Origin: a virus
Lineage: Duplodnaviria > Caudoviricetes
Strand: one strand, 5' to 3'
DNA length: 64,000 nt
IMG/VR virus record: IMGVR_UViG_2974670102_000001
Coordinates: 128,001 to 192,000 of that record
A model generated the notes under the pieces. It was not told the origin of the DNA and did no database searches. It was given only the letters and a program-made list of their open reading frames with translations. A program made the position numbers and the translations under genes. Positions 37,558 through 47,134 of the stretch are shown here, one piece after another (position 1 is the stretch's first letter; every line of letters begins with the position of its first letter).

Positions 37558-39303
37558 ATGGCAGACCCTATCGTACCAAACAGTGCGTCGTTCCTGATCA
37601 CAGATGTGGGCTTGGCCGCTGCATCTGTCGCAAAACCCGATGGCCCGTATATCGAGATCGTGGAGTTCCGCATAGGCGACGGCTACGGCTACACGCCGAG
37701 CGCCAGTGACGTTGGCCTGAACGGCAACACCGTGTACACAGGCATCCCGACTTCCTACCAGTTCGTGGGCCCGGACACGCTGGACATCCTGTGTGAGTTG
37801 CCCCCGGACGCTGGCTATTTCGAGTTCGGTGAAGTCGGCCTCTTCCTTCCGGGCGGCGTGCTGTTTGCGAAGGCCGTGTTCCAGAAGCCGCAGCAGAAGT
37901 TCCCGAAGATGACGAGCGCGACCGTCAACACGTACTCGCTGCACTGCCTGCTGAAACTCAAGCAAGCGCTGGCTCTCATCAACGTGACGGTGCAACAAAA
38001 TCCAGCAATCCTGAACGTGTATTGCTGGTCGGATGTGCGGCCGCCTTCGCTTATGGTGAATCCGTACATTCCGGAACTGCTGGTGCACGAGTTGAGCAAC
38101 CGCGACGACGCCACAATCCTGACGCAGGCCGACGTCAACAGTTGGACTGCTGGGAGTACCAGCTACGCCACGTACTCGCCCAACGGCACGAACGCCACAT
38201 ACTTCCAAGCAGTTGCAGGTAGTTCCACGTGGTTCGAAGTACCGGCCGCACAGTGTCACCCATCCGATCTGGGTCAGGCTAACCGTCAGTTCATGGTGCG
38301 GACGTTCGACGGTTACTTCCGTTCCGTCAACAACATCACGGTCAGCGGCTCAAACTACCGATTCAACCTGAACTGCACGAACGACGGTACGTACAACAAC
38401 ACACCGTTGCCGCGTGCCATCGCCCCCGGCGACACGATTCGGATTTACCGCGACGATCAGATGGGCGGCTCGATCTACTACTCGCAGATCGTAGACCCGC
38501 CGTCGATACCGCTGGCCACGCTTGGCAATCCGGGTCTCGCGTATGGTCGCTACGGCACGTACATGCCGGGCCCGGGCGTCATCGAGACATACGGTATGTT
38601 GCAGAGCCCGAGTCTTGGTGTGAACCAGATTGTGGGTGCTGGCGAGGACATGAACAAAACCTCGTGGGTGTCGGGTCTGTACACCATCGATCAGAATGGT
38701 CACGGGCTACCTGCCAACCTGCCAGTGTCGGCCTCTGGACACGCATGGGTGCACTCGGAAAATGCACTTGCCGTGCAGCAGGGTACGCATAGCAACAACG
38801 TCACCCAGATTTTCTATCCGGCAGGTAATGGCGGTGGTGATAATCGTGGGCGTGGTGGCTACCCTCCGTACTGGCGTGAATGGAACGCCCTCAATGACCA
38901 GAACAATGGTCAGGGAGGCTGGACGGACTGGTTCGCGTTGAACGTCATCGGCAAGCAGGGAGGTGGCACCGGTAGCGTAGTGTCCGCGATGAGTCCCAAC
39001 TCGAACGTCGAAATCGACAAGATTGTCACGCTGACGATTCCATCGGCAGGCAACTGGACCATCATGGGCTGGGCGCACGGCATGGTGAGTGTGTACCATG
39101 GTGCGGTTCTGTACATCGACGCAGCGGCCGTGGACTCCACTGGCGCTTACGGTGATACCGAGGGTATCGGGTTCAACACGCTGTGGGGCACGGTCAGCCA
39201 AGGCTACAGCGCCGGGCAGCAGGTGCAGGTGCGTATGCACACCAACTCGACCACTGACAACTACGGCGATTTCCGCGTGATGGCTCTCGCACTGAAACTT
39301 TAA
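37558..39303 (+). CDS. baseplate-anchored tail fibre
   Basis: N-terminal ITDVGLAAA...FRIGDG...GEVGLF...LFA anchor domain; TQIFY...YWR...WTDW fibre module. Confidence 0.75.
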   Translation: MADPIVPNSASFLITDVGLAAASVAKPDGPYIEIVEFRIGDGYGYTPSASDVGLNGNTVYTGIPTSYQFVGPDTLDILCELPPDAGYFEFGEVGLFLPGGVLFAKAVFQKPQQKFPKMTSATVNTYSLHCLLKLKQALALINVTVQQNPAILNVYCWSDVRPPSLMVNPYIPELLVHELSNRDDATILTQADVNSWTAGSTSYATYSPNGTNATYFQAVAGSSTWFEVPAAQCHPSDLGQANRQFMVRTFDGYFRSVNNITVSGSNYRFNLNCTNDGTYNNTPLPRAIAPGDTIRIYRDDQMGGSIYYSQIVDPPSIPLATLGNPGLAYGRYGTYMPGPGVIETYGMLQSPSLGVNQIVGAGEDMNKTSWVSGLYTIDQNGHGLPANLPVSASGHAWVHSENALAVQQGTHSNNVTQIFYPAGNGGGDNRGRGGYPPYWREWNALNDQNNGQGGWTDWFALNVIGKQGGGTGSVVSAMSPNSNVEIDKIVTLTIPSAGNWTIMGWAHGMVSVYHGAVLYIDAAAVDSTGAYGDTEGIGFNTLWGTVSQGYSAGQQVQVRMHTNSTTDNYGDFRVMALALKL

Positions 39304-39315
39304 AGAGGTGTACTT

Positions 39316-39960
39316 ATGAATACAGCGGTTGAAGAAGTGAGCACAGTGCAGGAGCAGGAACCACAACCGATCCTGCGCACGTATTACCAGTACATTCCAG
39401 TAGAAGTGGCGGGTATCAAACTGTTCCAGTACAGCGGGAGCAAGATTCAGGCGCAGGAAGGCGATCAGCCTGCCAATTCCACTGAACTTGAACCGCCCCT
39501 CAGCATAGGGCCCACCCTGTGCTACTACTGGGACCAAGATCGCTATCGGTGGTTCTGGTCACCGGACCTCACGAAGCTGGACGGCGCTGGTGCGATCACG
39601 CGTGCAACTGCGGCGGCCGACGCCGCGTTCTCGAAGGCTATGGCCGCTCTCAACCGAGAGTATCCGGAGGCCGAACGCGCTACGTGGGTGCAACAGCGAG
39701 CCGCAGCCGATGCCGTGCTTGCAGGCGGCACCTCGAAGTTGCTGGCCTCGATGCTGTGTGCTGGAGAAACGGCTGAAGAGCTTGCGCTGAAGATCGCGAC
39801 AAAGGCAGATGCGTACGATGCGGCGCTTGGTGCCGCGCTGTTTGATCTCCGGAAGGCCCGCGCAGAAGCTGCTGCGGCCACGCTCGATTCGGCACTGGCT
39901 TCGTGCAAGACCGTGGAAGACCTAGTGAACTACGCGTGGGCTTCCGAGGACATCAAATGA
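39316..39960 (+). CDS. tail fibre assembly protein
   Basis: YPEAERATWVQQRAAA...LLASM...ELALKI motif; follows the fibre gene. Confidence 0.65.
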   Translation: MNTAVEEVSTVQEQEPQPILRTYYQYIPVEVAGIKLFQYSGSKIQAQEGDQPANSTELEPPLSIGPTLCYYWDQDRYRWFWSPDLTKLDGAGAITRATAAADAAFSKAMAALNREYPEAERATWVQQRAAADAVLAGGTSKLLASMLCAGETAEELALKIATKADAYDAALGAALFDLRKARAEAAAATLDSALASCKTVEDLVNYAWASEDIK

Positions 39961-40469
39961 GCCAAGCTATCTACGCGCGAATCCTGTACGACGAGATTCG
40001 CATGATGGACCCAAAATCGGGCCTCTACGTCTGGTGTGATCCGGACGAGGCCGGAGTTCTGGAGATTCAGCGCATACTGCATGGCGCTCCGTTTAAAGTG
40101 GAAAACAGTACGGAGTACCACGTAACGGTTCTGTATCACGAGGGCAAGATGCCTGAGCGCATACAGATTCCGGTAGATCGGCCGACAAGTGCGCGGCTTG
40201 CCGGATTCGAGGTGTGGCCGACGGAAAAGGGCAATGTCATGGTGCTGCGTCTAGACAGCCCCGAGCTACAGGAACTCCACGCTGAGTTGCTGCGAACCGG
40301 GCTGACCCACTCGTTCCCGGACTTCAAAGCACACCTAACGGTTGCCAAGAACGTGGACATGAACGACAGAAAGACGCTCGGCTGGTATCTGTCTCGTAAT
40401 CATTACCTGAAGTACTGCCCTACCCATATCACGCTCGATGAACGTGTGAAAGCGTCGTCGCTCGCATGA
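39957..40469 (+). CDS. acb1: Acb1-like 2H phosphodiesterase (anti-CBASS; T4 gp57B family)
   Basis: SGLYV, HVTVLY, EVWPTEKG..VLRLDS..L...H, GLTHSFPDFKAHLTVAKNV match T4 57B motifs as I recall them; two HxT motifs. Confidence 0.8.
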   Translation: MSQAIYARILYDEIRMMDPKSGLYVWCDPDEAGVLEIQRILHGAPFKVENSTEYHVTVLYHEGKMPERIQIPVDRPTSARLAGFEVWPTEKGNVMVLRLDSPELQELHAELLRTGLTHSFPDFKAHLTVAKNVDMNDRKTLGWYLSRNHYLKYCPTHITLDERVKASSLA

Positions 40470-40475
40470 CGCATG

Positions 40476-40514
40476 AAAAGCCCCGTACACTTGTTAGGTG
40501 TACGGGGCTTTTTT
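40476..40514 (+). terminator. intrinsic terminator ending the baseplate operon
   Basis: AAAAGCCCCGTACAC...GTGTACGGGGCTTTTTT. Confidence 0.85.
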
Positions 40515-40534
40515 GTTACATCTTCTTACATCCT

Positions 40535-40543
40535 CAATTTTAT
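40535..40543 (+). promoter_or_regulatory. class B motif CAATTTTAT
   Basis: Intergenic copy just after the terminator. Confidence 0.6.
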
Positions 40544-40625
40544 CGTGCAGAGCCAATTCGGACCTGTCTTCGTGCGAAAGTGACCAGTCGCACGTTGTTA
40601 GCAATACTGAAAGGATCAGAAGATC

Positions 40626-40844
40626 ATGCACTACGAAGAAAAAGGCCAAAAGCTGCAACGGGAAGAAAAGCTGCTGAACATTTCGGCAGCAGTACAGAGG
40701 AAATCGAACCGAACCCTTCTGTATTCTGGATTCTGCTATTACTGCTACGAACGAGTGCATTCGCCGCATATCTTCTGCGACAATGCTTGCCGTGAGGACT
40801 ACGAAAAGGAAATGCGCATCAAGAACGCCACGACATCACGGTAA
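40626..40844 (+). CDS. small C4 zinc-finger protein
   Basis: GFCYYC...FCDNACREDYE. Confidence 0.7.
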   Translation: MHYEEKGQKLQREEKLLNISAAVQRKSNRTLLYSGFCYYCYERVHSPHIFCDNACREDYEKEMRIKNATTSR

Positions 40845-40845
40845 G

Positions 40846-40885
40846 CAAAAGCCCCACAAGGACTGAGTCCTTGTGGGGCTTTTTG
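40846..40885. terminator. bidirectional intrinsic terminator
   Basis: CAAAAGCCCCACAAGGAC-tga-GTCCTTGTGGGGCTTTTTG between convergent genes. Confidence 0.9.
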
Positions 40886-40886
40886 T

Positions 40887-41276
40887 TTATGCGCTGTTCT
40901 GCGCGTAGTACACAGACAGAAACGCAGACTCCGTAGCGGTCGACGGGTTCTGAATTGTCACCGTGTCGTACGCGTCATCGATCACCAGCACCTTGTTCAC
41001 GTTGATGGTCGTCATCAACGTGCTGATGCCAAGGGTGACTTGCACTGGTGCACTCGTCCCTAGGCAGAACGCTGTGACCTTCTTCAGGGTGATAGAGGAA
41101 CCGGGGGAAAGACCGACGGACTGTGCCGCCATGTCGTCGGTTCCGTAAATCCCATCAACTTCACCGAGTTGCTTCAGGACCAGCCTGTTGCCGCCCGTCA
41201 CGTTGAGCCGGAAGCGCAGTGTCCGGGGCTTGACCGGAGGCAGGTTCGTGATGCCGCACACTTGATTAGTAGCCAT
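40887..41276 (-). CDS. small virion protein homologous to the N-terminal domain of fibre 44453-46459
   Basis: LSPG...T..PV.V...V...L.IDD..D...I.N.S shared pattern; GGAG RBS. Confidence 0.65.
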   Translation of the reverse strand: MATNQVCGITNLPPVKPRTLRFRLNVTGGNRLVLKQLGEVDGIYGTDDMAAQSVGLSPGSSITLKKVTAFCLGTSAPVQVTLGISTLMTTINVNKVLVIDDAYDTVTIQNPSTATESAFLSVYYAQNSA

Positions 41277-41285
41277 TAGCTTCTC

Positions 41286-43175
41286 CTAGATTACCGGAAT
41301 AGGGTTGCTGACGCGCTGTGCCAACGACGTGTAGCTGATTTCCATGTTTGCTACCTCTATGGAAAGTGGCACAGAGTCTGTTGCACGCGCGATGCCGTAA
41401 GATAGAGTTGCGGCACCCGATCCCATGGCCCCCGAGTAGTTCACCACGGGCTTGGAGTCGCGCCACACCTGAAGAGTGCCCTGCGAGCCCAGCACTACGT
41501 GCATCACGTAGTTCACCCAAACGCCTCGTTGTAGAAGCGCATCGGAGTACTGAATGATGGGTATGACATCGGTGGACGCTTGGGTGCGTATCGAAAGCGT
41601 ATCCTGCGCCACGTCCACGGTCAGCGTCTTGGTCGAGGCATCGCGGTCCAGCCCGAATACAGAGCACTGGGACGCTGTGCCTATGATTCCCGGATCGATC
41701 CTGAGCGCGAAGCTGAACCAAATGTCGGTGCCCGTGTTGAGCGTGGCCGTATCGACAAGATCAGCGCGATCAACTGTTGTAAGGTCCGAAACATCACGGT
41801 CACCCGGATTCACCAAGAACTGCTGGGCCGACTGCCTGTTACGGGCCTCCGTGTAGCCACCCAGTACACCGCGCACCGCCATTTGCCGCCCCGATACTGT
41901 ACGCACAGTGGTGGGACCGAACGTCAGCGTGTAGTTGATTGGCCATACGGCTTCCGCGAATCGCGTTGCGTACGCGCTATCGACGTTCGGTGCGAGTGCA
42001 ACCACCGATTCGATGGCCAGCGATCCATACTGGGGCACCGGAATCGTATAGCCGTCTGGTGTGGCAACCACTTGTCGAGACCACACACCACCGTCACGCC
42101 CCTGAATCGCGAGCGTATAGCCGCCATTAGGAATGAACAGTTTGGTCGTGGATGCGACGCGCGTTGTCGCCACAAACGCTGTGTTGTCCGAAGCATTTGC
42201 CCCGTCCTCGATCTGCGGCTTCGAAATTTCGACGGTTATGGAGAACGGGTCCGTGTCGTTGGTTGTGGCAATCACAAGGGCTGCGGACATCTGATCGCCT
42301 GCGATAGCCGAGTTCCAGATGCTGACGCGGCGACGCCCGTATGCGGGAAGCACCGTGTACGATGCGGCTCGCGCATTGCCCGTTTTGAGCACAACGCCGG
42401 TAGCCACGCCCCCAACGTTCAGCACGTTCACGGTCGCTGCGGTTGTGAGGCCGCCACGAGTCAGCGTGGGTGCCGTGCCCGAGCCGCTGTTGAAGCTGAG
42501 CGGAACGCCTGCTGGACTTGCTTCAGTACGCGTGAACCTGATCTGGAGTTTCGGGCCGACCTGCAACACCTCCCACAGAAGTGTAGGATCGCTAACTGTC
42601 CAGCCAGTTGGTAGTGAGCCACCGTTTGCGGACGTGCCGACCAAGGCCCCTGCGAAAGTGGGGTTGGTGATCAGGTTGCTTGTACCGCGCTGAACCATCA
42701 ACCGGCCATCCTCGTCGCGATCATCAACCGTCTGGTTGAATGTCTCGAACGGGTACGCCAGATCACGATAGCGCCAGAAGCGCCCGGCCATAAAGTCTGC
42801 TTTGTACAGCGAGGTGCGCGCCGTATTCAGGTGCGCGGTGCTAACAAACATCGGATCGATGAAGAGGTTGCCCTTCGTATCGATCTTCAGTTCTTGTCGT
42901 GGGACCACGGTTCCGAGTGTGCTATCCGTAGCCACATCGGAACCACGCAATTCCCAGACTGGGGCTTTGTACAGTACGCCATCGCGATACAGGGGAACGG
43001 TGTCGTCGGCTTGTAGCGGGATCGAGGCTTGCGCCATGGAGCCCGTGTAGAGCGTGTCTAGCGCAGAACCTACCGTACCCGATTCGTGTCCGATCAGCGT
43101 AGAGCCGTTCGGCGCGCGCAGCCACGCGGCAATGCGCTGCCGGAAACTCTCGTACAGTGCTGGTATGGAGTACAT
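41286..43175 (-). CDS. tailspike/fibre-like protein with C-terminal ConA/polysaccharide-lyase-like domain
   Basis: LRAPNGSTLIG..GTV..AL tailspike neck motif, PQIEDG...TTR, WFSFALRI...RGVWVNYVMHV...GTLQVWRD. Confidence 0.6.
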   Translation of the reverse strand: MYSIPALYESFRQRIAAWLRAPNGSTLIGHESGTVGSALDTLYTGSMAQASIPLQADDTVPLYRDGVLYKAPVWELRGSDVATDSTLGTVVPRQELKIDTKGNLFIDPMFVSTAHLNTARTSLYKADFMAGRFWRYRDLAYPFETFNQTVDDRDEDGRLMVQRGTSNLITNPTFAGALVGTSANGGSLPTGWTVSDPTLLWEVLQVGPKLQIRFTRTEASPAGVPLSFNSGSGTAPTLTRGGLTTAATVNVLNVGGVATGVVLKTGNARAASYTVLPAYGRRRVSIWNSAIAGDQMSAALVIATTNDTDPFSITVEISKPQIEDGANASDNTAFVATTRVASTTKLFIPNGGYTLAIQGRDGGVWSRQVVATPDGYTIPVPQYGSLAIESVVALAPNVDSAYATRFAEAVWPINYTLTFGPTTVRTVSGRQMAVRGVLGGYTEARNRQSAQQFLVNPGDRDVSDLTTVDRADLVDTATLNTGTDIWFSFALRIDPGIIGTASQCSVFGLDRDASTKTLTVDVAQDTLSIRTQASTDVIPIIQYSDALLQRGVWVNYVMHVVLGSQGTLQVWRDSKPVVNYSGAMGSGAATLSYGIARATDSVPLSIEVANMEISYTSLAQRVSNPIPVI

Positions 43176-43184
43176 AGGAATCCT

Positions 43185-43403
43185 TTAAGTGCAAATACAA
43201 ATTACAGGTACTTTGGGGGCAACCACGGCTTCCGTGATGACTTCTACCCACTGCTTACGCATACGTGTGGACGCTGGGTAAGTAGTGAGTGAGTCGGTCA
43301 CAACCTCCACATAACTCTTACGGACTCCAGTGGAAGCCGCAAGTGTAGAATTCGTAACCACCTCACCGTACACCTTACTTACTTGTGTGGTAGGCGTAGC
43401 CAT
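43185..43403 (-). CDS. small triple-repeat protein
   Basis: VSKVYGEVVT / VRKSYVEVVT / MRKQWVEVIT. Confidence 0.7.
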   Translation of the reverse strand: MATPTTQVSKVYGEVVTNSTLAASTGVRKSYVEVVTDSLTTYPASTRMRKQWVEVITEAVVAPKVPVICICT

Positions 43404-43405
43404 GA

Positions 43406-44443
43406 TTAGTCACCCATACCGACCTGTGCCGCGTTGACGCTGGTAACAGTCCATGCGCTACCTGCGCTGTCCCGCGTGAACACATCGGAGTACACAACGT
43501 TCGTGCCCACCAGCGAGCGCACTGCACCCGGGACTACGGTTCCGTTCGACTTTATCTGGGCCGTAACCGAGTGCTGAGCGTCTGCCCCGGGGTTCGAGGC
43601 ACAGGTGTTGACGACAACGGCGTTTACGTTTTGGGCTGCATATGGAAGCGCGCTCATCGTGTACAGATCAGACTTACCTGTCGTCGCGTCTGTCAGCGTC
43701 GCGGTCCCGGTCCACGGCTGCGATGCCACCTGCCAGTTGGCCCCGGCGCTGGGCGCGAATTGAGTGCTATCACCAGCACCAGCAGGATTCATTAGGCCGA
43801 TACGACGCGCGCCCACCGGAAACGTGTTGAAATCGGTGCCTGTGGTGTCCCAGATCAGGAAGTCGTCCAGATACGACAGGTTGTTGCTGGGTGTGTAATC
43901 GGTGCCGATAAACAGCGTCGGTATCACCTGTGCGGGATGATTGCTCAGGTTGTACGTACCACTGAATTGCTGAACACCATCCACGTAGGCCGTCACCTGA
44001 GAGTTGGCCCCATTCAGCGTGAACGAGACTTCGATCCAGTGATAGCCGTCACCCAAATACGTGGTGCCAGTTGCTACAGGCGTCGTCGTGTTGTTGTGCA
44101 GCGTCAAATAGCTGCCGTTGTACGACAGTAGCGTAGCGTTGGGGAGGCTGACCAAACAGTACTTGGGTAGATTGCTACCGCCACCGCCGTTCAGACGCAG
44201 CCGCCACCAACCAGCCACGTAGAACGTAGCGCCCGAGGCCACGCCTGCGCCCGGAAGATCACAGCGTAGCGAGGCCGCGTATCCCGCTGTGTTGTTGCAG
44301 AAGGCACGGCCGCCGAAGCGGCCGTTCGTGGGGTCGAGCCCGGCATTGCCCGCAGGCAGCGCAATCTGCTTGTACTTGCCGCTGTTTGCAACGTCGGTGA
44401 TTGTCGCGTACGAATCCCAGCCTTCAGAAAATAGGAGTGCCAT
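43406..44443 (-). CDS. LamG/ConA-like virion protein, paralogue 1
   Basis: EGWD N-terminus, YHWIEV, YVDG, YLDD, then P.GAG..QF.P...NW...D.Y C-terminal domain. Confidence 0.65.
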   Translation of the reverse strand: MALLFSEGWDSYATITDVANSGKYKQIALPAGNAGLDPTNGRFGGRAFCNNTAGYAASLRCDLPGAGVASGATFYVAGWWRLRLNGGGGSNLPKYCLVSLPNATLLSYNGSYLTLHNNTTTPVATGTTYLGDGYHWIEVSFTLNGANSQVTAYVDGVQQFSGTYNLSNHPAQVIPTLFIGTDYTPSNNLSYLDDFLIWDTTGTDFNTFPVGARRIGLMNPAGAGDSTQFAPSAGANWQVASQPWTGTATLTDATTGKSDLYTMSALPYAAQNVNAVVVNTCASNPGADAQHSVTAQIKSNGTVVPGAVRSLVGTNVVYSDVFTRDSAGSAWTVTSVNAAQVGMGD

Positions 44444-44452
44444 ATTCTTTCC

Positions 44453-46459
44453 TTATCGCGTGCCGTTGAGCGTGATCGATACGCCGCTAAAAGTCGTGTC
44501 CGTGACGCCCGCAGCGAATGTCATCACGTCGCCTGCTGCAAACGTGACCGGGTTCGATATGTTCACGGTGCCAGTCGACGAGCCCGCAGGATACGTGATG
44601 TCACCCACCATTACACCGTTCTTGTAGATGCCTATGATCACGATGCCCGTCGTAGCCACCAGCGAACTCGACAAGTTTCCGGTGATGCCGGAGAGTCCCG
44701 CAGCGAACGCCACGCTACGCGCGAAGATCGTTCGGTAGAACGTAGCCCCAGCCACCGGAGTTCCCGGATAGAACGTCATGATGTCGTACGGCTGCGGCGG
44801 TATGGTTGCGGTGGGCGGCGCTGTCCATGTACCGTCTTCCCGCAGATACCTCGTGGTGCCAGCCGTCGAACCCGGGCTCGGAACAAGACCGTTTTTGGCG
44901 TTGACACCGGACGGACCGAACGTCGGAACGTTCATCTGGATCGACACGTTGTCGTTGCCGTCGGCCCCTACTATGATGTTGCTGTCGTATGCCACGATCT
45001 TGCGGAAACGCGTCTTGCCCGAGCCGTCGTTTGCAGCCGACATAACCGACGTGCCTGACGGTGCCGTGTTGTCGTAGGGCACTAGGTTCACGTTGCCGTT
45101 GCCGTCTGGCGACGCCCCGTTGACGGTCTTGACAGTTCCCGATGCCGTGATGTTGACCGTACCGTCTGCGGCCATCGACATGCCAGTCCCTAGCTTGATG
45201 CCACCGAGGACCGTACTCGATGCTTGTGGCAGCGTGTACGGGGCCGGTATAATAGGCAGTCCTAGCAAGTCTGAGTAGTTGCCAGTCTTAGCCACGGTGG
45301 CCAGATTCTGAACGTCGCTGGCTCGAATGGTCAACACATAGTTGCCTGTGTTGTCTGGGCCCGTCCCATTGATGCTAAGCACACCCAAGTTTGTGATCGT
45401 ACTGTTCGTATAGTCGATCCCACGGCCTGCCGTGATGCCTTGACCCAAGTTCGAGCGTATATCGTCGAGCACCGCCTGAAGGTTCTTGCCGTAAGTAGTG
45501 CCAACGAGTGCTGCGCCACCCGCACTGCCCAGATCGGATTCGGCTACAACGTCCGCTATCCGTAGTGCGTTGATCTCGACCGTGACGAGCGGCGCTCCTG
45601 CCACCACCATGGCCGCGACTTCTGGGGCAAGCACGATTTGAATGCCGCCCGTGCCGTCATAGGCCAGTCGTTCGAGATATGCACCCATCAAATAAACGTC
45701 AACGACGTTCGGGGTAAAGCCACCGGGTATCACGAACGTGCCCTGACCATCGGCGGTCGCGTACACGATCTTAATGGTACGTCGGTTCAGGTCGCCACTC
45801 ACTATCAGGTTATCGTTAGGATCACGATCGATTGTGATGTTGGCACCTGCTACCAGTGTTCGGAACTTCATGCGCGCGTCATGTGCGCCGGAGTCCGAGA
45901 TCAACGAGTTGCCGGTTCCGGGGTGTGCATCGACAGCCTCGATGGTGAGACTGCCGTCCCCCATGGGGTACATGTCGTTGATACGAAGGACGCCCGTGTT
46001 ATTGACCCTGATGGTGCTGCCCGTGTTGTCGATGCCGATGCCGGGGCCGCCCTCGATCACCACCTCGCCTGTCTTGTTGTTGACACTGGTGACAATACCC
46101 TTGATGGGCATTGGATCAGTAGTCGAGTGAACGACGAATGTGATCTGCACCACTGCGGTGTCAGTGTCCGAGCGGTTGGTGATGAAGAACTGATCTACCG
46201 GATCGTCAATGGACAGTTGCTGATCGACCGCTACTGCTGTTGGGGTTCCGGTTCCTACCACAGTCGACACAAACACAGGCTTGTCTGTGCTGATCGTGAG
46301 CGCCGAGAACCCAACATCCGCATCCCATTGCTGTCCCGGCTTCAGAACAATCGTTTGGTTGATGGTCTGATTGGCGTAGTACTTTGCCACCAGATTCTCG
46401 TTGATGACTGGAACACCGGAGCCGCGAGTGCCTGTCTTGATTACGAAGCTGTCGCCCAT
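44453..46459 (-). CDS. fibre protein
   Basis: VTSVNNKTG, VAKTGNYSDL, YTLPQASSTVLGG, GLVP.P....YLREDGTW repeats; AAGD C-terminal domain. Confidence 0.75.
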   Translation of the reverse strand: MGDSFVIKTGTRGSGVPVINENLVAKYYANQTINQTIVLKPGQQWDADVGFSALTISTDKPVFVSTVVGTGTPTAVAVDQQLSIDDPVDQFFITNRSDTDTAVVQITFVVHSTTDPMPIKGIVTSVNNKTGEVVIEGGPGIGIDNTGSTIRVNNTGVLRINDMYPMGDGSLTIEAVDAHPGTGNSLISDSGAHDARMKFRTLVAGANITIDRDPNDNLIVSGDLNRRTIKIVYATADGQGTFVIPGGFTPNVVDVYLMGAYLERLAYDGTGGIQIVLAPEVAAMVVAGAPLVTVEINALRIADVVAESDLGSAGGAALVGTTYGKNLQAVLDDIRSNLGQGITAGRGIDYTNSTITNLGVLSINGTGPDNTGNYVLTIRASDVQNLATVAKTGNYSDLLGLPIIPAPYTLPQASSTVLGGIKLGTGMSMAADGTVNITASGTVKTVNGASPDGNGNVNLVPYDNTAPSGTSVMSAANDGSGKTRFRKIVAYDSNIIVGADGNDNVSIQMNVPTFGPSGVNAKNGLVPSPGSTAGTTRYLREDGTWTAPPTATIPPQPYDIMTFYPGTPVAGATFYRTIFARSVAFAAGLSGITGNLSSSLVATTGIVIIGIYKNGVMVGDITYPAGSSTGTVNISNPVTFAAGDVMTFAAGVTDTTFSGVSITLNGTR

Positions 46460-46487
46460 AATTATCTCCGTTATGATGCTCTGCTAA

Positions 46488-46496
46488 CTAAAATTA
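46488..46496 (-). promoter_or_regulatory. class B motif TAATTTTAG
   Basis: About 30 nt upstream of the fibre ATG at 46459. Confidence 0.55.
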
Positions 46497-46502
46497 CACA
46501 CC

Positions 46503-46533
46503 AAAAGAAAAACCCGGCTCGGGGCCGGGTTCT
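46503..46533 (-). terminator. intrinsic terminator
   Basis: Minus strand: AACCCGGC-cccga-GCCGGGTT then TTTCTTTT. Confidence 0.75.
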
Positions 46534-46573
46534 TCTGCGTGCCGCCTATTAATGTACCCATTGCATAGATACA

Positions 46574-46582
46574 CTAAAATTG
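46574..46582 (-). promoter_or_regulatory. class B motif CAATTTTAG
   Basis: Intergenic copy. Confidence 0.55.
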
Positions 46583-46617
46583 GCTGTTCGGTTATTGCCA
46601 ATACAGGGCCCTATTCG

Positions 46618-47112
46618 CTACGCGGTTGGCAATTCTGCGTTTACGGTCATGCCAAAACTACAGGTTCCGAAGCCTCCTAGTAGTTGGTTACCGGCAGGCA
46701 AGTTCAGGCGCACTGCGTTGTTCGTCTGTGAGGCCACGGTCGGATTGCCTGAGCTAAGGTTGGATACAGACACACCGCTGAACGCAAGCGTCGGGTTGCT
46801 GATACGCTTGTACTCGTACTGCGCCGTCATCTGCGGAACCTGTCCGTTGCCTACCTGTCCGGACCACGCGAAAGGTGTTCCAGAGAACGCTTCGTAGTAG
46901 AACAGACAGTCGTTGAGCATGGACGCTAGGTCGCGAAACTCGTAGCCCGTAAATTGCGGCCCGAACTCAAGCTGAACTTCAGACAGCAGCGCCGTGAACG
47001 TGCCGGGAGACGCAGCAGTAGCAATCTGCAATCTCAGGTAGTGGTTGGTCCCCAGAGTTTTGCCCACAACCGAGGGCAGCGCAAACGTCTGCTGACACCG
47101 CGTCCACGTGTA
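46618..47112 (-). pseudogene. headless C-terminal fragment of a tail fibre
   Basis: TWTR.QQTFALPSVVGKTLGTN...VQLEFG...YEFR.L...L.DC..YYE fibre motif begins right after an in-frame TAG (47113-47115); no start with RBS. Confidence 0.55.
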
Positions 47113-47134
47113 CTACTGGGGCCCCCGCCCCGAT

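Noticed and set aside
40466-40795. 109-aa ORF following acb1
   Set aside because: It runs through a strong terminator and a promoter motif and overlaps the better-supported zinc-finger ORF 40626-40844
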